From positions 868,001-932,000 of the forward strand of contig MU056550.1 of the NCBI GenBank assembly GCA_013239625.1: a stretch of DNA of 64,000 nucleotides, read 5' to 3'. Shown here one piece after another: positions 38,401 through 49,314 of the stretch. Numbering within the stretch: the first letter of the stretch is position 1; each line of letters opens with the position of its first letter. The translations under genes and the position numbers were made by a program. Below the pieces are notes generated by a model, which saw only the letters and a program-made list of their open reading frames with translations, searched no databases and was not told where the DNA came from. The stretch comes from Lama guanicoe. Taxonomy: Eukaryota.

Positions 38401-40852
38401 CATGGAGAGAGATATATATATATACAATTTTCTTTTTAAAACAAATAAGATGCACACTGGTTTTGCAGCTTGCTTTTTCGCCCTTGGTATGCTTCTTGAC
38501 TGCTTGGTGCGTCCAGGCTGCCTTTCGATGCCTGTTTGTGTCAATCTCATTGTTTTTAGTGACTTCATAGCATTTCATTGTATTCACTACATTTTATTTA
38601 GTCAAGGCCAGAATGGTGGTCATTTAGGTCACGCTGTAATGACCATCCTCCTGAATACGTATTTGTGCTCTGGCGCACACAGCATGGACTTCTAGAGGAG
38701 GGATTTAGACTTTGACAGACATCACCAGATCACCAGCCAGGAGGTTTTCAGTCAGCCCACGGCCCCTCTTAGAGCGAATGATGTGAGGTCCTGGCCCGTA
38801 AGTGCTCAGGGGCTGTGTGGTGCTCCCCACTTGACCTCCGAGGTGGGCTGGTTTGTGGAAGTGTTCTGTGTTGGACACTGAGGGAGTGTCCACTTTTTGC
38901 TGCCAGGTACAGCTCTGTGGGACACTCTCTGTGGGGAAGGCGTCTTCTGAGACAGCCCCCAGTGTGGACCATCTGCACGCCCCTAGGGGACAGTTGTCAC
39001 CTGTACCCAGACCTGTGTCTGATAGCAGCCTGCTGTGTTCTGAATTATACACATTTTTCCAACCCCTCTTGTACTTGAACAGCTTTCTTGCCAGACCATC
39101 GCCTCTCTTTATATGCCAGGCATGGGCCAAGGTCCTGGGGTTTTACAGGCATGCCTGTAACTCACATCTTAAGGAACAATCTAGAGGGGAGATCTGACAT
39201 ATATATTCACGAATGACTCATGAGAGAAGCCAATAATAAGGATCAAAGTCACGATCATTTATGAAGCACTACTGTTTAAGGCCCCGTTCTAAACACTTTT
39301 CATGCGGTTCCCTTATTTGAAATCCTCATCTCACCCTTGAGTTTGCTTGTTATTATTCCCATTTTATAAATGATGAAATGAGAGCCTAAGAAGTTTAGCT
39401 AATTTGTCCCCAGTCACAGAGCCAGCGAGTGGCAGAGCTGGCACCCTGGCAGCCTGGCAGGAGAGACCATCTGTTAGCTGTAGGGCTCTGGGGCTTCCTG
39501 GAGGTGGTGACCATTCAGCCCCCTCTTGACAGATGAGGAGACAAAGAGGGTCTTCATCAGGCTAGGATCAGCTAATTGCAAAAAACAAGCTCCATCGAGC
39601 CACCATATAGGGAAAAGGGGGAGAAGAGGTGTCTTTGGGAGCCTCTGGGCAGGAAGTTGTCTAGCCCCACAGGGATGGGAATAAGGCACAGAAGAAGCCT
39701 TGGGAGCCAGGGTGGCTGTCTGTGGGCCACTGGTCCTCTCTCCACTGCTCCCTGCTCCTGCCTCCTCTCCCTGCCCCCGGGGCACTGAGTGCCTGCTCTC
39801 CCCGCCTCTCCACTCAAGAGCTCCCAGGGGTTGCTCACATCCCCCGCGCCTCCAGCCTCCCCTCCCCCTCCCCCAGGGAGGAGCTGGCCAGGTACCTGTC
39901 AGCCAAGGGTTCACCCCTGGCTGCTCAGCTGTGGCCTGGAGTCCCAGGGGACTGGACCCACTCAGCAAGGGGGCAGAGGAGGGAGACAGATGAGTGACAC
40001 CCACTGCGGAGGTGAGGGGCGTCCAGTCTCCTCGGGGACCTGCGGGAAGACCCTCGGGGGCCGGCAGAGGGGAGACGAGGCGGGGTGCTCAGAGAACTCA
40101 TTCCTGGCTTCACGGGTGGAAGTTTGCATCGTTTTGCCGGGAGCAGGAGAGACACGGAAGGGAAAGCTTTTGAGTGGAGGAAGGACGGCCGAGTTGTGCT
40201 TTAGGAAGATTAACAGGGCAGCGGGATGTGAGGGGAACCCGAGGGAGGGGACAGTGGCATAGAGTGAGAGGGAGGAGGTCCTCCCTTCCGGGGACACTGC
40301 CTAGATATTCCCACGAGGGGTGAGCTGAGGGGTCACCCAGCCTGTCTCGTCTGGCAGCTTCTGTGACTGCTGATTTCCCTGCTGGTCTCGGGCACTGAGA
40401 CAGTGCCCAGGGTGCCAGCACCCGCCACGGGCCTTGCACGCGGGGCTGCACCGTAGGGCCCGTGGCTCCGGATGCTGCGGGGGCGGCGCGATGCTCACGT
40501 CAGGGGTCTGCTCCACTCCCTCTCCCTCTCCCTCCCACCACAGATGTCAATGCCCATCGTGTCCTCGCGAGGAGACACGGAGAGCGTCCGCCGCTGCCTG
40601 GCGCACAGCCTCTTCATGAGCACGGCCGAGCTGCAGCCAGACGGGTCCTACGCCACCACAGACACCCACCAGCCGGTGGCCATCCACCCCTCGTCCGTCC
40701 TCTTCCACTGCCGGCCGGCCTGCGTCGTGTACACCGAGCTGCTCCGCACCAACAAGTGCTACATGCGGGACCTGTGCGTGGTGGACGCCGAGTGGCTGTA
40801 CGAGGCCGCCCCCGAGTTCTTCCGTAGGAAGCTGAGAACCGCCAGGAACTGA
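25761..40852 (+). CDS. DHX33: DEAH-box RNA helicase DHX33, 707 aa expected: join(25761..26049,28431..28591,29237..29464,29606..29776,31675..31860,[exon 6, ~112 nt, expected in gap 32525..32688],33767..33926,34098..34186,35660..35787,36177..36380,37791..37877,40544..40852)
   Basis: Motif [10 protein letters not shown], Ia [30 protein letters not shown]; N-terminus [14 protein letters not shown] and C-terminus RRKLRTARN*. All visible junctions are GT-AG and in phase. The motif V exon (STNIAETSITI) is not in the called bases. Likely poly(A) signal ATTAAA at 43423-43428 with GT-rich sequence downstream. Confidence 0.96.
26410..27390 (-). mobile_element. L2-like fragment(s) in DHX33 intron 1
   Basis: Purine-rich antisense L2-like motifs (gaagaggtccagtaaatgcagac...ctgtttcagcagagccgtgggagcagaagc). 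Confidence 0.45.
27937..28022 (+). mobile_element. tRNA-Ala-derived SINE (Vic-1-like)
   Basis: GGTATAGCTCAGTGGTAGAACACGTGCTTAGCATGCACGACATCCTGGGTTCAATGCCCAGTACCTCCA followed by poly-A. Confidence 0.85.
30509..30628 (+). mobile_element. tRNA-Ala-derived SINE (Vic-1-like, longer 3' tail)
   Basis: GGTGTAGCTCAGTGGTAGAGGGCATGCTTAGCATGCAGAAGGTCCTGGGTTCAGTCCCCAGTACC...aaaaaaacctaattacctcctccccccgcaaaaaaaa. Confidence 0.85.
32525..32688. other. N gap (164 nt), expected position of DHX33 exon 6
   Basis: Run of N; the motif V exon is not found elsewhere. Confidence 0.9.
37480..37508. repeat. (GTTT)n simple repeat
   Basis: ttgtttgtttgtttgtttgtttgttttt. Confidence 0.85.
39250..39460 (-). mobile_element. 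MIR SINE
   Basis: Core motif tattattcccattttataaatgatgaaatgagagcctaagaag...cagtcacagagccagcgagtggcagagctgg. Confidence 0.75.
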
Positions 40853-41442
40853 GCCGCCGCAGGGGCCGTGCGTGCCGGGAGCTGGGCCACCCGCCGCCCC
40901 TCGAGAGGCCTCGGTTTGCACGTGCGGACCGAGCCGGGAGCTGAAAGGGTTAAACTGCCCGGACCGAACCTCCCAGACACATCCGTACCTTGGAAACTTA
41001 AAAAACGATGCTTTCAGTTCTTGCCCAGTGACTTTCGGGGACTGAGTTAGCTTCTGAGCTTCAGTTTCCCCATCTGTCAAATGAGGGTGACAGTAACACA
41101 GGGTTGGGGGCACGCGGTTTAGAGCAAATGGAAGAAAGTACCCAGAGCGGCGCCTGCCCACGACGAACCCGCCGTGGGGTGTGGGCCTCGGCGCTGGGCC
41201 GGGTTCCCGCTTTTCTGCATGATGTGAGTCCTGTCCAAGAAAATCCCCTGAGTTCTCCTGACTGAGGGGGACGGTCTGGAAGGTGCACCATCCGAGGACA
41301 CAGAGCTGTTGACCTTGGATCTGTTTTAACATCCGTCTGCATGAAGTTTTGTAACAGAAGACAGAAGAGACTGACTTCTGTGGACATTTCAGGAGGGAGG
41401 TGCTGTTTCCTACCTCATGGGCCACTGCCCTGCCGGACCTCA

Positions 41443-41476
41443 CTCCCCAGGGTGTGGACCTCCCCAGGGTGTGGAC
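41443..41476. repeat. 17-bp perfect tandem duplication
   Basis: CTCCCCAGGGTGTGGAC x2. Confidence 0.9.
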
Positions 41477-42810
41477 CTTCCCGGGAAAGGAAGTGCTCAC
41501 GCCCTAAACACCTGAACTAAGGAATGAATCGAGCTGCACTGTTTGCATTTTTCTACCCCCAGGGCCCTGGGCGTGGGGCAGACAAGCTCATCCCATCACC
41601 TTCTGGTGTTTCTATTCTTTCATCTTATTCATTTCCTGTGGCCTTTTTTCCTTAGGGACTTGAGGAAAGCCTGGCTTTTCTGTTTCACCCCTCTCCAGCC
41701 CTCAGTTTGTCAGAGGAGACTAGTCTCCACAGTTTCTTCCTCTTCTCATATTTTGAGAAAAGAAAAGACACACCGAAAGTCCTTCTTAGCTATTTAATGA
41801 TGAAAAGCAAATCATCTTTCCTCAGGGAATGCTTCACCCCAGAAAACACCCAGAGTTAGCCCTTTTATTGTGCTTAATTGATCTAAACACACACATGGCT
41901 GTATTTTGGTCACTACTTACAAAGAGAAACATGCAGCTTCATGAGCAGGGGCCCAAACGCCCCAAGAGTCTTCAAAGACAGTGGACAGTCTCACCTATCT
42001 CTGCTTGTGTGTTTCAAGTCTGTCTCGCACCAGCCATGGCCTTGAGCAGTCAGGCTTTTAGCCAGTGTTCAGGGCTGTCTGGGACTTGTGATTTATTTCT
42101 GTTAGAAATAGTTATGTTTAGGCCAAAGGGACTCGACAGATCCTATATACTCTACCTTAATTAAAGTCTTACACTTTTCTTCTTACTGTTGCTGACTTTC
42201 TGAAAAATTTTCAGAAAAATTTTAAGTGAATTTTTCTCACTTATTTAATAGAGGCCCAGGATGTTTAGCCTGACTTGGTAAAATACTGGATTTTTAATTT
42301 AAAAAACTCACCATGCTGGTAGAAAATTGAGAGTGGGCAGATATATTATATTCCTCAGCAAATTATGTAGAGTGTTCTCTGGGGCAAGTAAAATTTAGCT
42401 TGGAATAATCTATGTCCAGCTTAAGTACCTGATCCATTTCTGAAAGTGGTTTTTTTTTTTTTTCTGAGCAGATGGAAGGGGTAGATAGCTTCTAAGTAAA
42501 TATAAATAGCTTCTATGTTTCTGTACAGAAACAAGTCTATCATTGTAACGTTCTGGTAGAGTTTTAAATACATTAGTTTTTTATTGGGCTTTTTAAAAAG
42601 GTAACTTTTAACGTAGCTGCTCAGGGATTAAATCAGATGGGAAAAGCCGATCTGTCTCTGCATATTACTACAAAGAGATAAACGGTTGTTTATATGGAGC
42701 CGCAGGGGATAGATAAGTACACTTTAAACTTTCTTAAGAAAGTTAAATGTTTCACAATAATGTTGCGATCTAATCTTGAGCTACTCCCTTTCCATCTCTG
42801 ATGCTGTGCC

Positions 42811-42890
42811 GCCTTTTTTCCCACCTATGGAATCTGAATCTGGATGGATAGCCTTTTTTCCCACCTATGGAATCTGAATCTGGATGGATA
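42811..42890. repeat. 40-bp perfect tandem duplication
   Basis: GCCTTTTTTCCCACCTATGGAATCTGAATCTGGATGGATA x2. Confidence 0.95.
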
Positions 42891-44089
42891 ACTAGCTCCC
42901 TTCAGCAGCTGCAGGTAAACAGATGCACTCCAAGCAGACCCCTCATCCCAGATGTTTGACATCTGTTTCTGGTAATAGTGGAGTGTGAAACACTCAGGGC
43001 AGCGCAGACTCCACTACAGGGGGGAAGAACCACCAACACCCAGTTCTTGGTAAAAACCCTTAGTGTTGCGTCTCTGCTAGTTGTATAGAGATGCCAGAAT
43101 GAAGACAAGTGTTTGCTGTGGGGAGAAAACTCATTATGTACTGTGATGCATAAATCCACTTAATCTAGCTGTCAAAAACAGAACTGTGGCCAAGTGTCTA
43201 AGATTCCATTCCTTCTGCACATAAGGAAACTGCCCCTGTGGGGAAGCCAGTTTTCTTATATTTGACCAGAATGTTAAAACTTGCAGGAAAAAACCCCAAA
43301 AATCTAATTGGTTCAGGTTTATGTTGTACTTTGAGAGTCTGTTTTTGTTCAAACAGACACAGCTGTATAGAAATATCAGCTCTTGCTTAGAATGCTCAGA
43401 ATTGCACATGACTATCCAATCCATTAAAATGATTCTTGTACATGATGTGTGTGGCTTCCTTCTTGGGTCTCCTTTCCCTCATTCATAGAATGCTGTTTAG
43501 AATATACTAAATATTAGTCTTTGCCACTGTTTTGGGAAGACTTACTTTCTTGGTACCTTATATAACTTGTTTCCTGGCAAGGTAGAAACAGGAGTTAACC
43601 TAAATCTGATGTAAGCCGTGGCTTCTTGCCCCTAGAAAAATAATGTCCGTATCAGAACCTTGGTGTAAGATTGGGTGCAGAGCGGAGGGTCGCAGGAATT
43701 AGCCAGGGATCTCACCCTTAGGAGCCCTGGGTTTGGTGGGGTTGAGGGTCAGCTGCCAGGTACACCAGCAAAGCAGGAGGTTTCTGCTGAGAAAATAATC
43801 AAGCACAGGGGCCGGGTAGCACAGACGTGAGTCTCTGTGTTTCATGGACGAGAGGGGGAATTTGAGGAAGTCCTCTCTGTGGAGATGACCTCAGAGGCTG
43901 GTCTTTGGGAGTTGGGGGGCGGCAAGAGAGCATTCCACGAAGGCATAGAAAGCCTGCGTGCTTGAGAACGGTGGATGGGAATTTGGAGAGTGTAAGCAGC
44001 CACTGGAGAGAACTGAGGCCAATGAAACAGCAAGCCTGGAACACCGGACTCTGGCCAACTCAGTTACGGAAAGTTGAGTAACTGGATTC

Positions 44090-44700
44090 GAAGCCTCCCC
44101 AGGAGGCTGCATCAGAGGCTCCCTGTAGAGGGCGCCGTCCCGCCCATGGTGCCTTGCGTCTTCAAAGCGGCGGCGCGGAAGCGCTTCCTGGGCGAGGGCG
44201 GGACTTCCGGCAGTGGCCCTAGATCTAGGGGGCGCAGCTGCCGGGAGTCGTCCTTCTTGGCAGGAGTCGTCCTTCCTTTTCGCACGTGTCTGCCGCCGCC
44301 TTCGCTGCCAAGATGCTGCAACTGCTACGCAGCGTGCCCCGCGCCCTGGGCTCCGCCGTCGCCGGCCTCCGCGCCGCCGCGCCTTCCCAGCCGCTCCGGC
44401 AGCTACTGCAGCCCGCATTCCGGCCGTGCGCCCGGCCCTTTGGGCTGCTCAGCGTGCGCACGGGGTCAGTTCAGCTGCCCGGCCTCCTGCAGCCTCGGGG
44501 GCCCTGTGCCTGCGGCTGTGGCTGCGGCAGACTGCACACCGAAGGTGAGACCCGGGCACGTGGGCCGGGGCCTGGATGGGGCGCGGATGCCGGGGTGGGG
44601 AAGTGCAGATCACAAGTGAACCGCCCGGAGCCGCCCCCGAGGTCAGGAACATTCTCCCACGGATCAGCGACCAGCGGGTTAAATCCACGTGTTGTCGCAT
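44090..44700 (+). promoter_or_regulatory. C1QBP CpG-island promoter with ETS and E-box sites
   Basis: CpG-dense; ACTTCCGG at ~44203; CACGTG at 44283, 44557 and 44686. Confidence 0.8.
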
Positions 44701-47700
44701 TTCCTTTCTTCTTCCACTTCCAAGAGTTTCATTTTGGGGGGAAGAGATACTATTAAGCCCTGGAGGCTGACTTTATCCTCAGTGTCTCAAAAGTGGAACT
44801 TTGCGGAAGCCCAAGGTCGTGGTTAGAAGTAGCGTGGTCTTGTTTGTTGGCAAGTGAAAGAGGGTAATTGGGAATTCTTTTGTTTTATTTTGAAACGTGG
44901 TAAGGAGTTCATTGTTGGGAAACTTTTCCAGAATCAAGTTCAGCTTCCCACTGATAACCTTAGCTGATTTTTACAGATGAGGAAACGGAGGCTTAATGGA
45001 TATGAATGATTTGGGCTAAGTTCCCAGAGTCACCATTAATAGTATTAGAAACAGTCCACGTCCCAATTTCTGGCTGCAGTAACTAACATGGGTCATTTTT
45101 GTGCTTTAGAGTGATTGGCTCTTCTTTTCCTGTAACTTGCTGATTTCCATTGTAGGGGACAAAGCTTTTGTTGACTTCCTCAGTGATGAGATTAAGGAGG
45201 AAAAGAAGATTCAGAAGTATAAGTCTCTCCCCAAGATGTCTGGAGGTTGGGATCTGGAGGTGAATGGGACAGAAGCCAAATTAGTGCGGAAAATTGCTGG
45301 AGAAAAGTGAGTACTGGGGGCCTGTGGGCTCCAGGGGACCAAATCCATGAACCTGTGGGACCTGCCCTGAGTCTTCCCAGGACAGCCTTTAGTTAAGGCA
45401 GGTACTTTGACATGTGATTTCCAAGAGATGGGAGAGGATTCTTCGGGTGACTTCATAAGCTCCAGGTCATTCATTCACTGCACACTAATGTGCTGTGGTG
45501 GTTAATACAGAGGTGGTAAGGAAGTAGAAGCGGAGTAGCTGGAAGTCTCTTGGACCAGCAGAGGCATTGTTCACGAAACCCTTATAGTAGTGAGGGAGGC
45601 CGTGCCATGCAGAAAATCTACCTTGCCTAAATCTAAGCGGGCAAATTCAGAAATTCTTCCTGTGCTGACAGAGTCTCACTTTACACTGCTGACTCACTAC
45701 AGGCTCTGGCTGAGGAAAACAAAGCCCCTACTCTCTGATGTTTACAGTTGAGAAAACAAAGTAAGTAACAGGGTGGGGTTCTGGTATAGAAAAGTGGGAC
45801 CTGGTTAAGTGGCATAACTTTTGTATATGCCACGAAGTAGGGTTCTGGTTCTGGTTCTACACCTTGTGGTATAGTGTTCTTCCCATGATAGATCAATTGT
45901 GGATTCTGTAACTTCACTTAAACTACTTCCCTGGGGTAAAGCCATAGCCAGTTCAGGGCCATTATAGATACTGCTGTAATGACCATAATTGCATTTCTGT
46001 GCCCAGGAGCTCAGCTTGGTCAGCACTGTTGCAGATTAGACAAATTTTGTGGCTGAATCTCAAACCTCAGACTGGCAAGGCAGCCAGTTAGCATGGGTCC
46101 AGAGAGGAGCACTGTTGTCTGCAGATAGTAGTGCCCAGCAATGCTTGTTCCAAATCTCACATGACATTTTGATTCAGACTTTGGAAAATGATATGTCAGG
46201 TGAAGATTCCTGCACTTTAAAATTGTCATTAGTTGGTGTTCACTGCCTGCTTTGTGACGATTGAACTTCTCACAGCTGCTCTGAAGGATGAGCCTGTCCA
46301 GCAGCATATTGTTCTTCATGAGGCCTCCCCTTCCCGGGGCCGGGGCTGCTCTCCATCCTCAGCTGATGCCACACCCTCCTGATGATGCTGCGCTCCTTCC
46401 TTCCTCAAAGGGGCAGATTTTCTAGTGGAGAAAAGTTTCTTAAGCCTCCCTTTAAAGGAGGCCTCTGTCCACTGCTCCAGCTTCTCTGGCTCACCACCAG
46501 CAGAAGGTGCCCTGGAAGGACTAGGGTGACAGTGTCAGCTGGCTGTGGCTGGGAAGGAACCAGTGGACACATGTTGGCAGTGAACCCTAGATGCTGGTCT
46601 GATGGAAGTAGCCCACACCTGACTGTATTTGGCTGAGAGAAACTAGGGCCTGCCTACAAATGAACTTCAGCAGCCAGCACATAGGAGGCCCGCTTCAGAG
46701 CTGCTGAATCCATCTCTGGGGGGGTTGCAGATGCTGGCCTTTTTTGAAAGTTCTGCAAATCAGATGTCAAGCCAGCTGAGAGACATTGTTTCATCAGCTC
46801 TTGTAACTGTAACAAGCCTCCTTACTGAGCTGCTTAGTTAAAACTTCACCCTGTTTCCTTTTGCCTTTTAGGATCACTGTCACTTTCAACATTAACAACA
46901 GCATCCCACCCCCATATGATGGAGAGGAAGAGCCCTCCCAAGGGCAGAAGGTTGAAGAACAGGAGGTAAGTTTGTAACTGTAACCAGCCTGTACCTCCTG
47001 AGGCTTAGAGAAGGAGCATTGTTTTTTTGGATGGTGGGGGTTTTTTGTGGGGTTTCTTGGTATTTTGGAGGGGGGTTGTTTTTTTGGTTCTTTAATGCTA
47101 AGAGAGAAAAGGCAAAAGACAACCATCCTTGCACCCTTCTTGTAGAGCACCAGTTTCTGGCCATCAGAGCTGTGTGGCCCCTTTTCTTTCTCAGGGGCCA
47201 AGTAAATTGTTGTCTGCAGGCTTAGACTTTATAGTTTGGCCTCTGTTCACCTACTGGAAAGGAATTGACATTGAGCCCTTCCCATGATCGGGAGATGTTT
47301 AATACTAGAGGTGATCATTTGGAGTGTTTCCAAGGAAGGAGTGCTCTCGTAAGTCACAGGCTGGTAATGAACACTAGCTGGGGCATCAGATTTTGGCAGT
47401 CTCTCCTTAGGTTGCTGTCCCTCTTGGTTGTTCCTGGATGGCCAGTATGAGGGCCACTGGTCACCACGCTTTCTGACTGGGTGGGCATGATTTTGTCTCG
47501 TGACCAAGCACAGCTCAGCTCCCTGGAGTCCTGGCCTAGCCGTCCGGACTAGGACCTCCCTGGCGTTGGATGGCTCACCATCAGAGGGTTGCTGTGATTA
47601 TTCAGCCATCAGGACAGCCTTTAACCAGAGGCATCAGCTTTGGTCCTGGGCTGTAAGATGCAGAAACAGTCAGTGGGAAAGAGATCTCAGAGTTTTAGGC

Positions 47701-48893
47701 CAGCTTTGCAGTGTATGTGTTTGTAGCTTTGCAGAGTGTGGGTGTAGAACCTGGCCCAGGAAGATTAAGTTAATTGGCACATAGCTGGGGCTGGGGTTCA
47801 GCTTTCCTAATTCTAAACCTAGTATGTTCTTTAAACAAGTAGGGTGCTAATAGAAGTGAAATGCTGTACTAAAATAAATATGATGCCGCCCTCCAAAACG
47901 TAGTCTGTAACTTTAGAAAGGGTCACCGGGATGAGTTCAGCTTAGTCTCCAGGAACAAGCTGGTATGTGGCTTAGATTCTCCACTCAAGACCCTAGGCTC
48001 CTTATTTGGGAACACCGTAGCATAACTTAAGACTTGGAAAGTGGCTAAATATCCTAAACCAGTGGCTGTCAGACGCCCTGAGCTGTCTGAGACCTTTGGT
48101 CCAGGCCCCCGAGAGCTGCCAACAAAGGTGTGTAAATGACTTGTTCTTGTTTCCCCAGCCTGAATTGACGTCCACTCCCAATTTCGTGGTTGAAGTGATA
48201 AAGGATGGCAGCAAGAAGGCCCTGGTGCTGGACTGTCACTACCCAGAGGACGAGGTGTGTAGGATGGGGTGCTACCCCTTGGCACCCCTGGGGACAGGGA
48301 GGGCCTCCAGGGACCCTCCTCCCTAGCTTAGAGCGGCAAAGCTGGGTAAGAGCAGAAGGGGATGAAGGAACAGGTTAAAATCTGAGTTCAGAGCTGTAAA
48401 TAGTCCCTTTTCTTTGCATGAATCTGATTTGTCCTAGAGAACCCTTCAGTTTCCCAAATGCTGTCTCTTAGGTTGGGCAAGAAGAGGAGGACCAGAGTGA
48501 CATTTTCTCCATCAAGGAAGTGAGCTTTCAGCCCACTGAAGAGTATGACTGGAAGGACACAAATTACACACTCAACACAGATTCCCTGGATTGGGTGAGT
48601 GCTTGGTAAGGTGGGGTGGCTGCTCCTGGGCCTTGCAGGGAAGGGTCCTAGTCCAAGAAGAGACAAGCATCTTAGTGTCACACGTGGTCTTTTTTTTTTT
48701 TTTTGTAACTGGTAAATGTTGACTAGTAAATGTCTCCTTTCAGGCTTTATATGACCACCTAATGGATTTCCTTGCGGACCGAGGCGTGGACAACACTTTC
48801 GCCGATGAGTTGGTGGAGCTCAGCACAGCCCTGGAGCACCGGGAGTACATCACTTTCCTCGAGGACCTCAAAGGTTTTGTCAAAAGCCAGTAG
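44313..48893 (+). CDS. C1QBP: Complement C1q-binding protein p32/gC1qR, mitochondrial, 281 aa: join(44313..44544,45156..45306,46872..46965,48159..48254,48472..48594,48744..48893)
   Basis: Arg/Leu/Ala-rich presequence MLQLLRSVPRALGS..., then LHTEGDKAFVDFLSDEIKEE...ITVTFNINNSIPP...PELTSTPNFVVEV...ALYDHLMDFLADRGVDNTFADELVELSTALEHREYITFLEDLKGFVKSQ*. Six GT-AG exons, 846 nt. Confidence 0.97.
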
Positions 48894-49314
48894 AGGTGAC
48901 AAGGTGCCGAACACCGTAATTTGATGGCAGGCTTCGGCCAGTGAACAGCAAAACCTACTCCGGAGCCAGACCCACATGCTTTGAAATGGTTTTCATCCCA
49001 GTATCATGGAAAATAATTCAATTTTAACTTATTTTTCCTGCCTCTTATTGACCTCTCATTTATTTCTTCTACAGACCTGTTTCTAGATTTTTGTATAACA
49101 TAATGATGGACAGTAAAATTGGTTTATCTCCTCTAAGGTGATTTGTCTTTTCTATTTCTGTTCCTTCCCCTTCAACCTGCATTACAAAACACAGAACAGA
49201 GACATCTGAAAAGTTTTAATACAAAATAAATTATAAATAAAAGGTTTGTATTTACAAGGCCTCTTCTCCAGATGGAAGTTCAGCTCCTCCATAGAACATG
49301 GTGAGAAGAGGGCC

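Noticed and set aside
40547-41500. 317-aa minus-strand ORF
   Set aside because: Antisense shadow of the GC-rich DHX33 last exon and UTR, running through a MIR fragment; non-ATG start and no recognisable domain.
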